DNA of 64,000 nucleotides from Naegleria gruberi (Eukaryota): NCBI GenBank assembly GCA_000004985.1, contig GG738899.1; one strand, 5' to 3'. Shown piece by piece: positions 53,812 to 64,000 of this stretch (position 1 is its first letter; each line of letters starts with the position of its first letter). The notes under the pieces were generated by a model. It saw only the letters and a program-made list of their open reading frames with translations, ran no database searches and was not told where the DNA came from. The position numbers and the translations under genes were made by a program.

Positions 53812-54711
53812 ATGGGATCGTTCATGTGTACAAATGCCTCTGTTGCTCAGAAGGCACACAGAAAGGACGACTATAAAAATCCATTCGTTGAAAATGCAAA
53901 GGTGAGAAGACATCGACACAGAGAACGAGAGGCCAATAGAACTCTCTTTCATAAACCTAGGGGTAAGAAGGAAGTGGAAAACTTTCATGCCAATGATAGT
54001 CATATAGTTGAGCATCATGATTCACGAGGTAATGCCATAACAATACAAATACGGCATGCTAGGTCGATGAGTTGCTTGTCTGGCTTGGTTACTCAGCCCA
54101 ATAGGGAACTAGTGCCAAAGATTCCTAATGTTGAAAAACTCAAAGATGTTACCACACCAAAAGGAGAGACTCCTGATGTAATGATAGCCGAGAATGTAAA
54201 TAATGATAGAGCAAGTAATTGTAGTAATTTTGTCCCTGTTTTGTCTGCAAGGGATAAAGAACATGTTGCCTCAATATATGAAGTAACAAATGACGAGCAA
54301 GACCTGGAAAGATCTCCAATCAAGCTTAAAGATTTAAAATCCATCGACATGACCAATCATGATGAAGATAATTTCGATAATTTGGACCAAGGACATCAGG
54401 ATGATGAACACTACATGCACAAGGAATTTACGAGTATACAAAATGTTCACCATTTGAGAAGTAGAGTGAGTACCTCTAATTCCCTCAATAATCTCGAACA
54501 CAATCAGAGGAAAAGTTATTCCGAAAAGAACATTAGAAAAATTCTGAATGATTTCGAGAGCAATTCTCGACCTTTGACACCAGTCGATGATAAAAGATCT
54601 CAAAAGAGTTTAAGGTATCCTTCGAGAACTTCAATTTATTCCTCCCAAAGTCGTTCCTCAACATCAAGAGCCATGGAATTAATTTCTGTAAGTTCTGATA
54701 CAAAAGTGTGA
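53812..54711 (+). CDS. hypothetical basic/His-rich protein (299 aa), possible N-myristoylation start MGSFMC
   Basis: True ATG and a long ORF. No domain recognised. Confidence 0.4.
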   Translation: MGSFMCTNASVAQKAHRKDDYKNPFVENAKVRRHRHREREANRTLFHKPRGKKEVENFHANDSHIVEHHDSRGNAITIQIRHARSMSCLSGLVTQPNRELVPKIPNVEKLKDVTTPKGETPDVMIAENVNNDRASNCSNFVPVLSARDKEHVASIYEVTNDEQDLERSPIKLKDLKSIDMTNHDEDNFDNLDQGHQDDEHYMHKEFTSIQNVHHLRSRVSTSNSLNNLEHNQRKSYSEKNIRKILNDFESNSRPLTPVDDKRSQKSLRYPSRTSIYSSQSRSSTSRAMELISVSSDTKV

Positions 54712-54830
54712 TGATCACTTTGATATATCCCTATCTTTAAGTAATAGAGGATAGCAATTGTGAAAGGTAAAGTACTGCGAAAATGACAAGTGTTTTTGAG
54801 AATGGCAATTGTGATTGTTTTTGGTTACAA

Positions 54831-55955
54831 TTAGATACTCTCAACCTTTGCGTGAGCTTTCTCTTGAAGCTCCTTAAGTGGATGGAACAAAACCAAAATG
54901 AGAAAAGCATACATTAATTGACTTGAAGTATTAAAAAAGTGAAAAAATATTAGGATGTAGTTCCAATAAGCAGCAAATTGTAAAGAGATGGCACAGCAAA
55001 GTTCCACAAATAAAGTTCCAGAAACAACATAGAGGAGGAAGAGTGATTTTCTTAGATTTGTCTTTTTCAATCGATAGGATTCGTAAACTCCTGCCGCTTG
55101 AAGATTTAACTCAATTCCCTTTTCCTTATCTTGTGCTATATTATCCACCATTTTCTTAATTGCATTCTTTGATTTTCTCATCTTGTAAATAAACATGCAG
55201 CTAAATACCTTCAATCAAGTTTAGTTTCCAATTACAAATAATTCCACTTACATTACTGATAACAAATGTACCAAATGAAACAATTGCAATACAAATGGAG
55301 TAAGAGCCAAAGAATACAAACCATGTATAATCCTTTTCTCCATCATCCTTACTTTTTATGGAAATATTAAACAAGGATTGAAATCCAAAAATAATAAAAA
55401 AAGCAATAAAGCATATCGAAACAAGACTTGTATGAATTCCAAAGAATAGATTAGAAACTATTTTCCCCTTCCTTCCAATCATTCGAAAGTTACAACACAA
55501 CCGATAACTAGACCCAGCTCATTGATAAAAACCAATTTCGAATACACTACTTACTATGAAAAGGAAATACATATATAATTCAATTGTTGCGCAAAAATTG
55601 AAAGAACAGTAAACGCTCTGTCCAAACTCTTAAAAGTCGTGTACATGTCAAATTCCATAAAAATATCAAATTCTGAAATGATTCTGGCAGACACATTAAT
55701 TACCATACAAAAAAGCATGAGAATCAAACAAATAAACAATCCGTGTTGTATCTTATCTTTCAAACTTTTAAATTTCAAAATATAAGAAACAATGGAAGAA
55801 AGTAATAACATCAAGGCAATTAAAATAAATATCGGATTCATTGAAACAACTACTATTCCATAGGTTGAAAGAGAATTCTCTTCGATAAGACTACTACTAT
55901 TCGAAACTATGGATGCATTTGAGCTGGGTATTGTAGCTACAAGTAATTCGTGCAT
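54831..55955 (-). CDS. seven-helix membrane protein (~335 aa), 3 exons (55555-55955, 55252-55507, 54831-55181); possible GPCR-like
   Basis: ATG at 55955. Donor GTAAGT at 55554 and acceptor CTAG ending at 55508 (47 nt, phase 2) continues in frame into track ORF 55201-55500. Donor GTAAGT at 55251; the next acceptor is uncertain (AAG ending at 55182 gives an in-frame join to ORF 54831-55214). Seven hydrophobic helices in total. Confidence 0.45.
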
Positions 55956-56204
55956 TTTTTCAAGAATAGTTTTTGAATTTTATGGAGATACCAGTAGTAC
56001 ATAAAACGTTATGCAAAACAGTATATTGAGGTTATCGCTGGAATAGTATATGAGTTGAATCAATTTTATTAAAGAGATGGAAGTGAATCTTCCTATTTGG
56101 TCAAGTAATCAATTCCTTATTGTCCAAATTCAAATCTTGATTTCTATTGATGATAACCTTCCGTCAACCTTCATATTGATGTTTCACATTTTGTGATACT
56201 GAAT

Positions 56205-56322
56205 GACTACGGCCATATCACGATGAATGCACCTCATCCCGTCCGATTTGAGAAGTTAAGCATCGTCGAGCTACATCAGTACTGAGGTTGGAGACAACTT
56301 GGGAACCTGTGGTGCTGTAGTC
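56205..56322 (+). rRNA. 5S ribosomal RNA gene, copy 3 (variant: GAC... at the 5' end, C to T change near the 3' end)
   Basis: Differs from copies 1 and 2 at 2 positions. T6 run at 56323-56328. Confidence 0.9.
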
Positions 56323-56328
56323 TTTTTT
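56323..56328 (+). terminator. Pol III T-run terminator of 5S copy 3
   Basis: TTTTTT immediately after the 5S 3' end. Confidence 0.7.
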
Positions 56329-56357
56329 ATTTTCAAAATTTTGCTCATATTATGAAA

Positions 56358-57799
56358 TTAAACAACATCTTTTTCTTCTCCACAAATTACTGGTTGCTTT
56401 TCTTCTCCATTAATACACAAATCAACTTGTTGGCTCACTTGATTTTTTCCTGCTTCCCTATTATCAATATTAACATTACTACATGTTTCAACAACTGCAA
56501 CAACTGCAGTATCTTCAATGAACTGAGGTATTTGTGCTCTCGGTGTCGTTGCATGATGACTCTGTCTACTCAGAGTACTAAATTTCTTATGCACCAAGGT
56601 GGAGGATGACAAATTATTTGCCGATCTTAAACTGTGAGGATGATCTATATTGTGAGATGAATGATTATTCTCAACAATATTGGTGGTTGCCTTCTTGCTC
56701 AATGCTCTAAAAGGAGTATACAGAGCTAAAGCAGTACAGGCAAATATTAAGATACCAAGAGAATTGCAAGTGGAATAACCCAAGGCAAAGTGAGCTGTCT
56801 GTGGATCTTCCTGGGCTACTCCAGAAGCAGCAGCAAACGCTTCGAATAGAAAACAGCCGAATAATCCACTTTGTAATACGAGGATTTTGATAATGGTTCT
56901 TCTCTTGTTTTGGTTTTCTATGGAAATTTTGGAGATTGTTTTGAGAACCACTGTTGCAGCAATCTATTGGTATGATGATTGAAATTATTGTTATTGGATT
57001 AATGAATATTGAGCTAGATCAATTACATGAGTCCACTTACAATTAATAAGGTAATTTGAATTCCAATTTGAATTATGAAAATAATAAGACACAATCCATA
57101 GACATAGGTAATAGATTCATCACTAATATATCCCAATCTCTGCACAATGGTCAGAACAGTAACCACCAAATTAATCACCACCAATAAAACTGAATTAATA
57201 ATTGTGAAAATTGAAACAATATTCACAAAATAGTGAACTTTTTTTGAATTTAACAATCCACTCGATAATCTAAATGTTTCCACAAATACAAGTGTAACAA
57301 ACCAAACAATAATAATCATGACTTGAATGTCCATGAGGACAATAAACAATTCGGCAGCCACAGAAATTACGTAAACTATAATTTCTCCCATGGTTATTCC
57401 CACATCGTGGGGAGTTATTCCCATAGTGTTATTATACCACAAGAATGTATCAAATCCCTCTCTAGCAGTAGTAGAATTACTCCCAGATTGTACCAGTTGG
57501 GCAAAATTCTGGAATTTCATTCCAAACGAAATGTTAAAACTGTCATAAATAATTCGAAATATCAAGACGAAACATTCCATGATACACATGATGAGCACTC
57601 CAATAATCATTCTCTTATGGTTCTTTGTGATGGTTTGATGTTTTTTGAGATAAAAGTAGATGATGTACATGACTAGACATAGAGAGAAGAAGAGTGCTGC
57701 AATGGCCAGTGAAATTTCAATATACGAAACTATGAGAGGCTCTATACGAAAGACAGTCGTTAACACTGATGGTAAAGATGAAGATGTGTCATTCTGCAT
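56358..57799 (-). CDS. multi-pass membrane protein (7-8 TM) with a hydrophilic C-terminal tail, 2 exons (57041-57799 and 56358-56963), ~455 aa
   Basis: ATG at 57799. Donor GTAAGT at 57040 and acceptor CCAATAG ending at 56964 (77-nt intron, phase 0) continues in frame into track ORF 56358-56951, which itself starts at GTG. Confidence 0.55.
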
Positions 57800-58229
57800 T
57801 TTGTTTTGGTTGTATTATCGGCAGTGCCGAATCGTCACAGTGATTACATGATTTGATAGGAAGCACTTTGCCAAAATAGTCAAGCTAAACTTCTTATTGT
57901 GAAAGCACGTTAAATGGATTAATGACGTTTCATTTGCATTTACAGCTGTCTGTAATGATTCTGTGTTTAAAGAATAAATGAAGAATGCATAAAGAAAGAT
58001 ACATGGAGATTAAAGGATTTGAATTTGATGAAAGTGCTTACTGAGATAATGAGAAGCAGAAGTGTATAATCAGAATTTACAGTAATGTTGAATGCAGAGA
58101 CGGTCAACTAGAGTTATGTTCTATCAGTTTTCATCTTAATGTCACCATTCAATGAATGCAAAATTTGTTGATCTCAACATAGTTAAGGAAATGTGGATAA
58201 TAAATTAAAATTTTTGTATTGGGAATATT

Positions 58230-59819
58230 TTACAGTGATTTGAAATTTTGTTGATGTGTTGGCAAAGATAAGAACTCATTTGGATAATTTACAGAGCCAT
58301 TGGGTGGGATAGAGGCGTAGTATGATTGATTCAAAAATGGTGGAGGTACCAGAGAAGTATTATTATTTTGGGTGGAAGTTTCAATTTTTGTCTTCTTCTT
58401 TGGTTGTTTTTTTGGCTTTGGTGGAGGTTGTGGTTGAGTTGGAGGCTCTGCTATAGAACCTTCTTTTTCTCGTTCCTCTAATTCCTGTTTTTCTTTCTTT
58501 GACAAAAATCTGCCTCCAGGACCTCTAGCTCTTTTCTTTGCCCATTCGTGGCGAGAATTGTACTTGTAGGATTTGTCCTTATATTGCCCAGCATTTTTCA
58601 TTTGTTGTTCCAATTTAGCTCTGGCTACTCTTCTTTTCAAAATTCTTTGGTACTGTTTTGGATTTACATAAATTGTTCCTTCAACATTTTGTTGAGAGTT
58701 ATCTGCTTCAGCATTTGCTTGATTATTGGAATAGTCTTGAACTAGTGACTCTGGTTGCTCTTCTTCAGCACTTGTGGGTATTCCAGGTTGTTGTGAATAT
58801 TGATAGTAATTCCAATAGTGATGATTTGGATAAGAATACCAATGCATTTCAGGTTGGGAGTACAAAAAGTTAGGATCATGACTCATACCATTAGCAGCAA
58901 GATAAAAAGGTTGCATTATTCCATGTCCAGTCATTGCAGAAGAATGCAACATATTAGGATAGGAGTAAGCAGAAGTAGTAGAAGTAGGCAGACCATCAAG
59001 CTCATTCTCATATGCATGTTGTTGAAGAGTTGGTTGCTGTTGTTGGGTTGTGACTGGTCGTGCAGATGAGCTTCCCTTTTGGGTTGGATTGGATTGATTG
59101 GAAGAATTTGAGCTAACACGTTTCCTTTTCGGAGAGGTTTTTACAGTGGTTGTTTGAATCAAAGTACTACTCGGATCATTGATAGGAGTGGGAGCTGTGG
59201 CTGTAGTAGGAAGCTTGTTCAAAGGCAAAGATTTGACATTGTTTGTTTGTGAAATTATTGGTGATGGAATGGTTACGTTAGTAGTTGTAGTACTAATGCT
59301 ACTGAGTGCAGTGGCAGACACAACAGTTGAAGGGAGAGCAACAACAGCAGAGGACGAAGCCACATTGGTTGAAGGGAGAGCAAAAGGTGGAGGAAGGAAA
59401 GAACTTTCCATTGTCGATGATTGTTGTTGGAGTAAAAATTGAGTACCTCCTCTCATCATGGCTGCTGATGAAATTGCAGCTGACGATGATCCTCTACTAT
59501 TAATTGTAGAGGTACTACTGCTACTACTCGATGGCTTGAGAGGATCATGAAGAATTGATTGTTGTTGTTGCTGTTTGGGTGAGGAGTGAGTAGGGAGGAC
59601 AGAGAGAATTGATAGAGCAACCTGTTCATCACCAACCGATGATCTGTGATGAAGAGGATTTTCTTGATGATGATGGTGTTGATCCATAATTACAAACTCT
59701 CTTGGAGTTTGTATATTTGCATCATCATCACTACTGCTACTAATGAAGGAAGAATCGTCTTGATCGTCCTCTTCTTGATTACCAATCGGATCAACAACAC
59801 AAGTGTACTCTTCAGCCAT
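58230..59819 (-). CDS. CCAAT-binding factor subunit NF-YA / HAP2 (529 aa)
   Basis: True ATG. The conserved core YVNPKQYQRILKRRVARAKLE...YKYNSRHEWAKKRARGPGGRF matches the NF-YA subunit-interaction and DNA-binding domains. Flanking regions are Q/S/T-rich. Confidence 0.85.
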   Translation of the reverse strand: MAEEYTCVVDPIGNQEEDDQDDSSFISSSSDDDANIQTPREFVIMDQHHHHQENPLHHRSSVGDEQVALSILSVLPTHSSPKQQQQQSILHDPLKPSSSSSSTSTINSRGSSSAAISSAAMMRGGTQFLLQQQSSTMESSFLPPPFALPSTNVASSSAVVALPSTVVSATALSSISTTTTNVTIPSPIISQTNNVKSLPLNKLPTTATAPTPINDPSSTLIQTTTVKTSPKRKRVSSNSSNQSNPTQKGSSSARPVTTQQQQPTLQQHAYENELDGLPTSTTSAYSYPNMLHSSAMTGHGIMQPFYLAANGMSHDPNFLYSQPEMHWYSYPNHHYWNYYQYSQQPGIPTSAEEEQPESLVQDYSNNQANAEADNSQQNVEGTIYVNPKQYQRILKRRVARAKLEQQMKNAGQYKDKSYKYNSRHEWAKKRARGPGGRFLSKKEKQELEEREKEGSIAEPPTQPQPPPKPKKQPKKKTKIETSTQNNNTSLVPPPFLNQSYYASIPPNGSVNYPNEFLSLPTHQQNFKSL

Positions 59820-60118
59820 TAATTATATTGTGATGTAAAGTTGAGTTTGATTATGAGATTATCGGAAAGTAGTGGGCCGGACACAATGGATGACACAACA
59901 ATTCAATACTACTACTGTGTGTTGTAAAACCACTTATAATTATTGGAGAAATGTTTTGGTTGGTGGTTGAAGGAGTTCGATGATTGGATAAATTTTTTTA
60001 GGGATGAATAAAATAATTGGTTGTCCTAAATTTAGCTCATTTTACAATTTTTTAAATAGTAAGAACTATTTGAATGGTATGGATAACGAGATGAAAAGAG
60101 TATTTACTTTATTTACAC

Positions 60119-61243
60119 TCACTCGTCAAAGGAAATGGGTTTCTTGACATAGATTTGTCTGCAAACTGGACACTTTTGATTCTTACTCTCAATAAATTTC
60201 TCAAATGAACTCAAACACTTTTCATGAAATATGTGACCACAACTTGTGATGGTACACTTACGACCTTTGAATGCACACAGACAGATAGGACACTCCTCAT
60301 CTTTTTCTTCTCTTCCAAGGGCTTTCGACTCTACCTTATTCCATTGATCTTCTTGCATGTTAAGAATGAGAAGACTTTGTTTGACTTGTTCATCAATTCG
60401 TTTAAGAAAATCGTCCACATTCTTTTCATCCTGAATAACTCGTGATTCCAATCTTTCATTAATGCTCGATAATTTAGAGACGCAATATTTTTCATGCCTA
60501 TCTGGATATTTAGCAAAGTAGAGTCTCCTATATATTTTCCTCATCACATTTCCTCTACACAAGCTCTGTACCATTAAGGCACAAGTATTCTTTAGAAGAC
60601 TCAAATGAAGCTTGGTCTCCTTTCTTTGATAATCCTCTAATCTACACATTGGACAACTTCTCTTCCTCCAAATATTACATCTTTCAAAACTTTGCAAACA
60701 ATTCTGATGATACACATGTCCACAATTAGTAATACAAACAATATCATTAAATGCAAAAGATTCGAAACAAATAGGACATCCATCTTCCAAATGGCTCAAT
60801 CTATTTGTGACAAGGTTTCTTTCCACGTTATTCCACTGAGAATCTGTCAACTTTTTGGGAGGAGGTTCTTTGAGACCCATCTTTTGAGATAGAGTTGGTT
60901 TTCGTTTTGTGGGATCTTGTTCAAACTTTTTCTTCTTACCCAATAATCCGTGATTATTCAGAGATTCCGTAAACTCTTGTTGAAATGCAACTGCAGTCCA
61001 CAATTTTTCATTTTGCAAATAAGGCTTGTTAGTTGAGGAAGTAGAAGTGTTGGAAAATGGTAAACTTGTTTGTTTCTTGGTTGTATTTCCAGATACGAGA
61101 GACATTTTGTTGGAAGACATTATCGATGAGGAATAGTTACTCCTCGTAGGAGTCAACGATGATGGTGTTGTTGTGTTTCCATTCAATGACGAGGAAGAAG
61201 AGGACGAATTGGTGGCTGATGAATGTAGTGTCTTTTTTTTCAT
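60119..61243 (-). CDS. double RING-H2 finger protein with a central IQ motif (RNF32-like), 374 aa
   Basis: True ATG. RING 1 CPICFESF...CGHVYHQNC...CPMCR. IQ-like ALMVQSLCRGNVMRKIYRR. RING 2 CPICLCAF...CGHIFHEKC...CPVCR. Confidence 0.75.
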   Translation of the reverse strand: MKKKTLHSSATNSSSSSSSLNGNTTTPSSLTPTRSNYSSSIMSSNKMSLVSGNTTKKQTSLPFSNTSTSSTNKPYLQNEKLWTAVAFQQEFTESLNNHGLLGKKKKFEQDPTKRKPTLSQKMGLKEPPPKKLTDSQWNNVERNLVTNRLSHLEDGCPICFESFAFNDIVCITNCGHVYHQNCLQSFERCNIWRKRSCPMCRLEDYQRKETKLHLSLLKNTCALMVQSLCRGNVMRKIYRRLYFAKYPDRHEKYCVSKLSSINERLESRVIQDEKNVDDFLKRIDEQVKQSLLILNMQEDQWNKVESKALGREEKDEECPICLCAFKGRKCTITSCGHIFHEKCLSSFEKFIESKNQKCPVCRQIYVKKPISFDE

Positions 61244-61434
61244 CTTTTGGCGCCAATTTTAATCTTGTAAATACTTCAATATTTCATTTGGTTGTATTTT
61301 ATAAATTTCGAATAAGCAATTTTTGAAGTTAATACTTTCATTAATCCAACACTGTATTCTTTAATTATTTTCAAATTATTGTTCGTTGTATTAATATTTT
61401 TAATTATATTTTAAATAATTATTATCTTAAAAAA

Positions 61435-62449
61435 ATGATCTCAACACAAACCAAACGTTCAAGAGAACAATTTGAAGAAGACCAAAAAGCTTTTGATAAT
61501 TCTTCATTCGGAGAGGACTCTGTGGAAAATCCAAGTAAACAAAAGGTTGTAAGACCAGTTGTTATGTATAGACCAGGTAGGTAAACAAAAAGGAATAATA
61601 TGATGGAAATTTATGTGTGATGAAAATAATACAATTCAAGATCAAAATCAATTGGATTTATATAAACCAGGAAAGGAAGTCCGCGTCTTTGTTCCATCAA
61701 AATATTTATTATCACCAGATAAAAGTAAAGACAATAGAAAGATTTTTGGTACCGATATTTATAGTGATAGCACTGATATTATTCTTGCTTGTCAACATAT
61801 GGGTTTATTACAAGATCTTCCTCTAAGCAATTCTAAAGGAATTTTAGTTACAGTTTTAATTGAAAAACCACCAAGGTATGTCAATTAACAATTTCAAAAT
61901 GATATTTATTATTTTAGCAAATATGAAGCTACCTTCCGAAACAATGTTCGTTCAAGAAGTTGGACAAATATTTCTCATTCTGATTCTAATGCTTATAAAA
62001 TAATAGGAGTAAAAGCAATTGAAGATGATACTTTAGGACTTACTAAGCCTATCCCAGTCGACAAGTCGAATTTTAGTCATGGAATTGAACAACACAGATT
62101 CTTATCAAATGTTACTATTGTTTTTGGATTATCAGGAGAACCTGCTGTTAAATATACAATTAATTCTGTTACTGATAGAGGATACAATCACGATGACCTT
62201 ACAAGTTATCGTTTAAAGAATGGAGAAACATTAGTTTTGGAAACTGAGACATCCAGGTATTGGCTTGCATACCAAAAATCAAACTATGTTTGGTCCTCCG
62301 TAGATATGGACACTGCAGTTGTAACACCAATTTTTACAGATCTCGATTGGAAGGACATTAAATGGGGGCATGAATCTGTTCTAATCAAAGACCAAGAATA
62401 CAAATTGACCCTTACCTTTTTTAAATTGATTATTACACCATCTTTATAG
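61435..62449 (+). CDS. hypothetical conserved protein, 3 exons (61435-61576, 61671-61875, 61918-62449), ~292 aa
   Basis: ATG at 61435. Donor GTAGGT at 61577 and acceptor CCAG ending at 61670 (94 nt, phase 1). Donor GTATGT at 61876 and acceptor TTTTAG ending at 61917 (42 nt, phase 2). All joins are in frame with track ORFs 61613-61888 and 62237-62449. A further possible intron at about 62255-62303 was rejected because the unspliced reading is longer. Confidence 0.4.
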
Positions 62450-62701
62450 ATATAATAATAACTATTTTGTAAAAATAAAATAAATTATCCATAATCAATT
62501 AATATCCATGTTCAATTAATAATTGATTATTTATTTAAAAAATTTGTTGTAACAATTTCAATAATTTATTCTGGTAACCAACAAGAACTGCTGTTGTTGT
62601 TCATCAGATAAAAATAGACCAGTTCCTTCTTGATCAAATTCTTCAAAAAGAAAAAAATTGATCCAACACAATACACTACAACACACATAACAATTTGAAG
62701 A

Positions 62702-63955
62702 ATGGATCCAGAAGTAATTGAACAATTCAAGACCATCACTAATACAAACGACAGTGTTGCTCAATTCTATCTTGAAAGTGCTGGGGGAGATTTCGAGACA
62801 GCCATTACCAACTATTTTAGCAATGCTGAATCTGGAGCCTCTCACGGAGGAGTTTCTTCATTCACTGATGATGATGGAGATGTAAATATGACACCACAAG
62901 CTACTCCAATTTCTTCGGTACCATCCGGATCTTCAGGAGGAAGAACATTGGGAGGATCAAGTGTTCCATCATCAAATCAACCAACAACTTCATCAACATC
63001 ATCCAATAGTAGTAGTACTTCAAAGAAGCCTGTTACTAGTAGTGGAGGAGGTAGAAAGTTTGCATCACTCAGGGATTATAGTGGTGATGATGATGATGAA
63101 AAACCAAATTCTAAAGACAACAGGTATTATGCTGGCGGTAGTAGAAATTCTGGACAACAAATTATTGGTGCCAATGATAGTGACGATGATGATGACGAAA
63201 ATCACTTTGCTGATAAAGTTTTCAAAGCAGCTCAAGAAAGAGGAGCTAAAACCAGATCCGAATATGATGATGAATTGAAACAAAATAAGCCAAAGTTTGA
63301 AGGAAGTGGAAGAAGATTAGGTAACACTGAAGCATCTAGTTCTCTCATTAAAGCCGAAGAAAAGAAAAAGGAAAAGGAAGTCACAATTACATTCTGGGCC
63401 GATGGTTTCACTGTTGATGATGGTCCATTGAGACTTTATGATGATCCTCAAAATGTTCAATTCATGGAAGCAATCAATAGAGGATTTGCTCCAAGAGAAT
63501 TGGCAGAACCTGGTGTTGATATTGCTGTAAATTTACTCAATAGAAAGACTGATAAGTGGGCAGAACAACCAAAGCAATTTAAAGCCTTTGTTGGTTCTGG
63601 TAGATCTTTGGGAGCACCAACTTCCTCAAGCTCATCTTCAAGCTCATCAAGCTCATCTTCAAGTGTACCAAAAACTACTGTATCATCATCTAGCTCTTCA
63701 AATCTCAAAGTGGAAGTGGACAATAACAAGCCAACAACATCATTGCAAATAAGATTGGCCGATGGTGGTAGATTGGTTGGAAAATTCAATCTCACTCACA
63801 CAATTGGACATATTAGACAATTTATTAGACAATCTAAACCTTCTGCAGATTTTGATATCATGACACAATTCCCTAACAAGGTTCTGACAGATGACCATTT
63901 AACCATCGAAGAAGCAGGTCTTAAGGGAGCCACCATTATTCAAAAATTAAAATAA
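62702..63955 (+). CDS. p47 / Shp1-type Cdc48(p97) cofactor: UBA-like N-terminus, SEP domain, C-terminal UBX domain (417 aa)
   Basis: True ATG. N-terminal EVIEQFKTITNTNDSVAQFYLESAGGDFETAI (UBA-like). SEP motif TITFWADGFTVDDGPLRLYDDPQNVQFMEAINRG. UBX at the end (TTSLQIRLADGGRLVGKFNLTHTIGHIRQFI...). Confidence 0.85.
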   Translation: MDPEVIEQFKTITNTNDSVAQFYLESAGGDFETAITNYFSNAESGASHGGVSSFTDDDGDVNMTPQATPISSVPSGSSGGRTLGGSSVPSSNQPTTSSTSSNSSSTSKKPVTSSGGGRKFASLRDYSGDDDDEKPNSKDNRYYAGGSRNSGQQIIGANDSDDDDDENHFADKVFKAAQERGAKTRSEYDDELKQNKPKFEGSGRRLGNTEASSSLIKAEEKKKEKEVTITFWADGFTVDDGPLRLYDDPQNVQFMEAINRGFAPRELAEPGVDIAVNLLNRKTDKWAEQPKQFKAFVGSGRSLGAPTSSSSSSSSSSSSSSVPKTTVSSSSSSNLKVEVDNNKPTTSLQIRLADGGRLVGKFNLTHTIGHIRQFIRQSKPSADFDIMTQFPNKVLTDDHLTIEEAGLKGATIIQKLK

Positions 63956-64000
63956 ATTATAAATGTATTAATTAGTATAAATATGTTACAACAATCTTAA

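Noticed and set aside
62255-62303. Candidate 49-nt intron (GTATTG...CGTAG) in the last exon of gene 61435-62449
   Set aside because: Splicing it out shortens the protein to a quick stop, whereas the unspliced reading continues for 65 more codons with a W-rich motif. The weak GTATTG donor also argues against it.

Overview
This is AT-rich (~65-70% AT), gene-dense nuclear DNA from a eukaryote (roughly one gene per 1.7 kb). It uses the standard genetic code. Introns are sparse and short (39-129 nt), with GTAAGT, GTAGGT, GTATGT or GTTTGT donors and AG acceptors, and many proteins carry poly-N/Q/S tracts. The composition and the receptor-type adenylyl cyclase suggest an amoebozoan or dictyostelid-like protist, but the lineage cannot be fixed from sequence alone. 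I call about 38 protein-coding genes. These include histone H4, a divergent actin, a divergent EF2, a four-exon zf-UBP-sirtuin fusion, and SRP54. Others are a radical-SAM heme chaperone (RSAD1/HemW-like), NF-YA, a UBX/SEP p47 cofactor, an RNF32-like double-RING protein, a kinase-pseudokinase, and a receptor-type class III adenylyl cyclase. There are two paralogous 7TM-RGS receptors, one with an EGF/GPS adhesion-type ectodomain, and a compact GT48 beta-1,3-glucan synthase immediately downstream of a secreted glycoside-hydrolase-like gene. Dispersed Pol III genes are present: three 5S rRNA copies, two identical tRNA-Glu(UUC) copies and one tRNA-Leu(CAA). Many ORF-track entries begin at TTG or GTG rather than ATG; these are internal exon fragments that I joined through short introns. 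There are no CRISPR arrays, prokaryotic operons or clear mobile elements. Function calls come from motif recognition by eye, and splice sites are predicted only; no database search was run.
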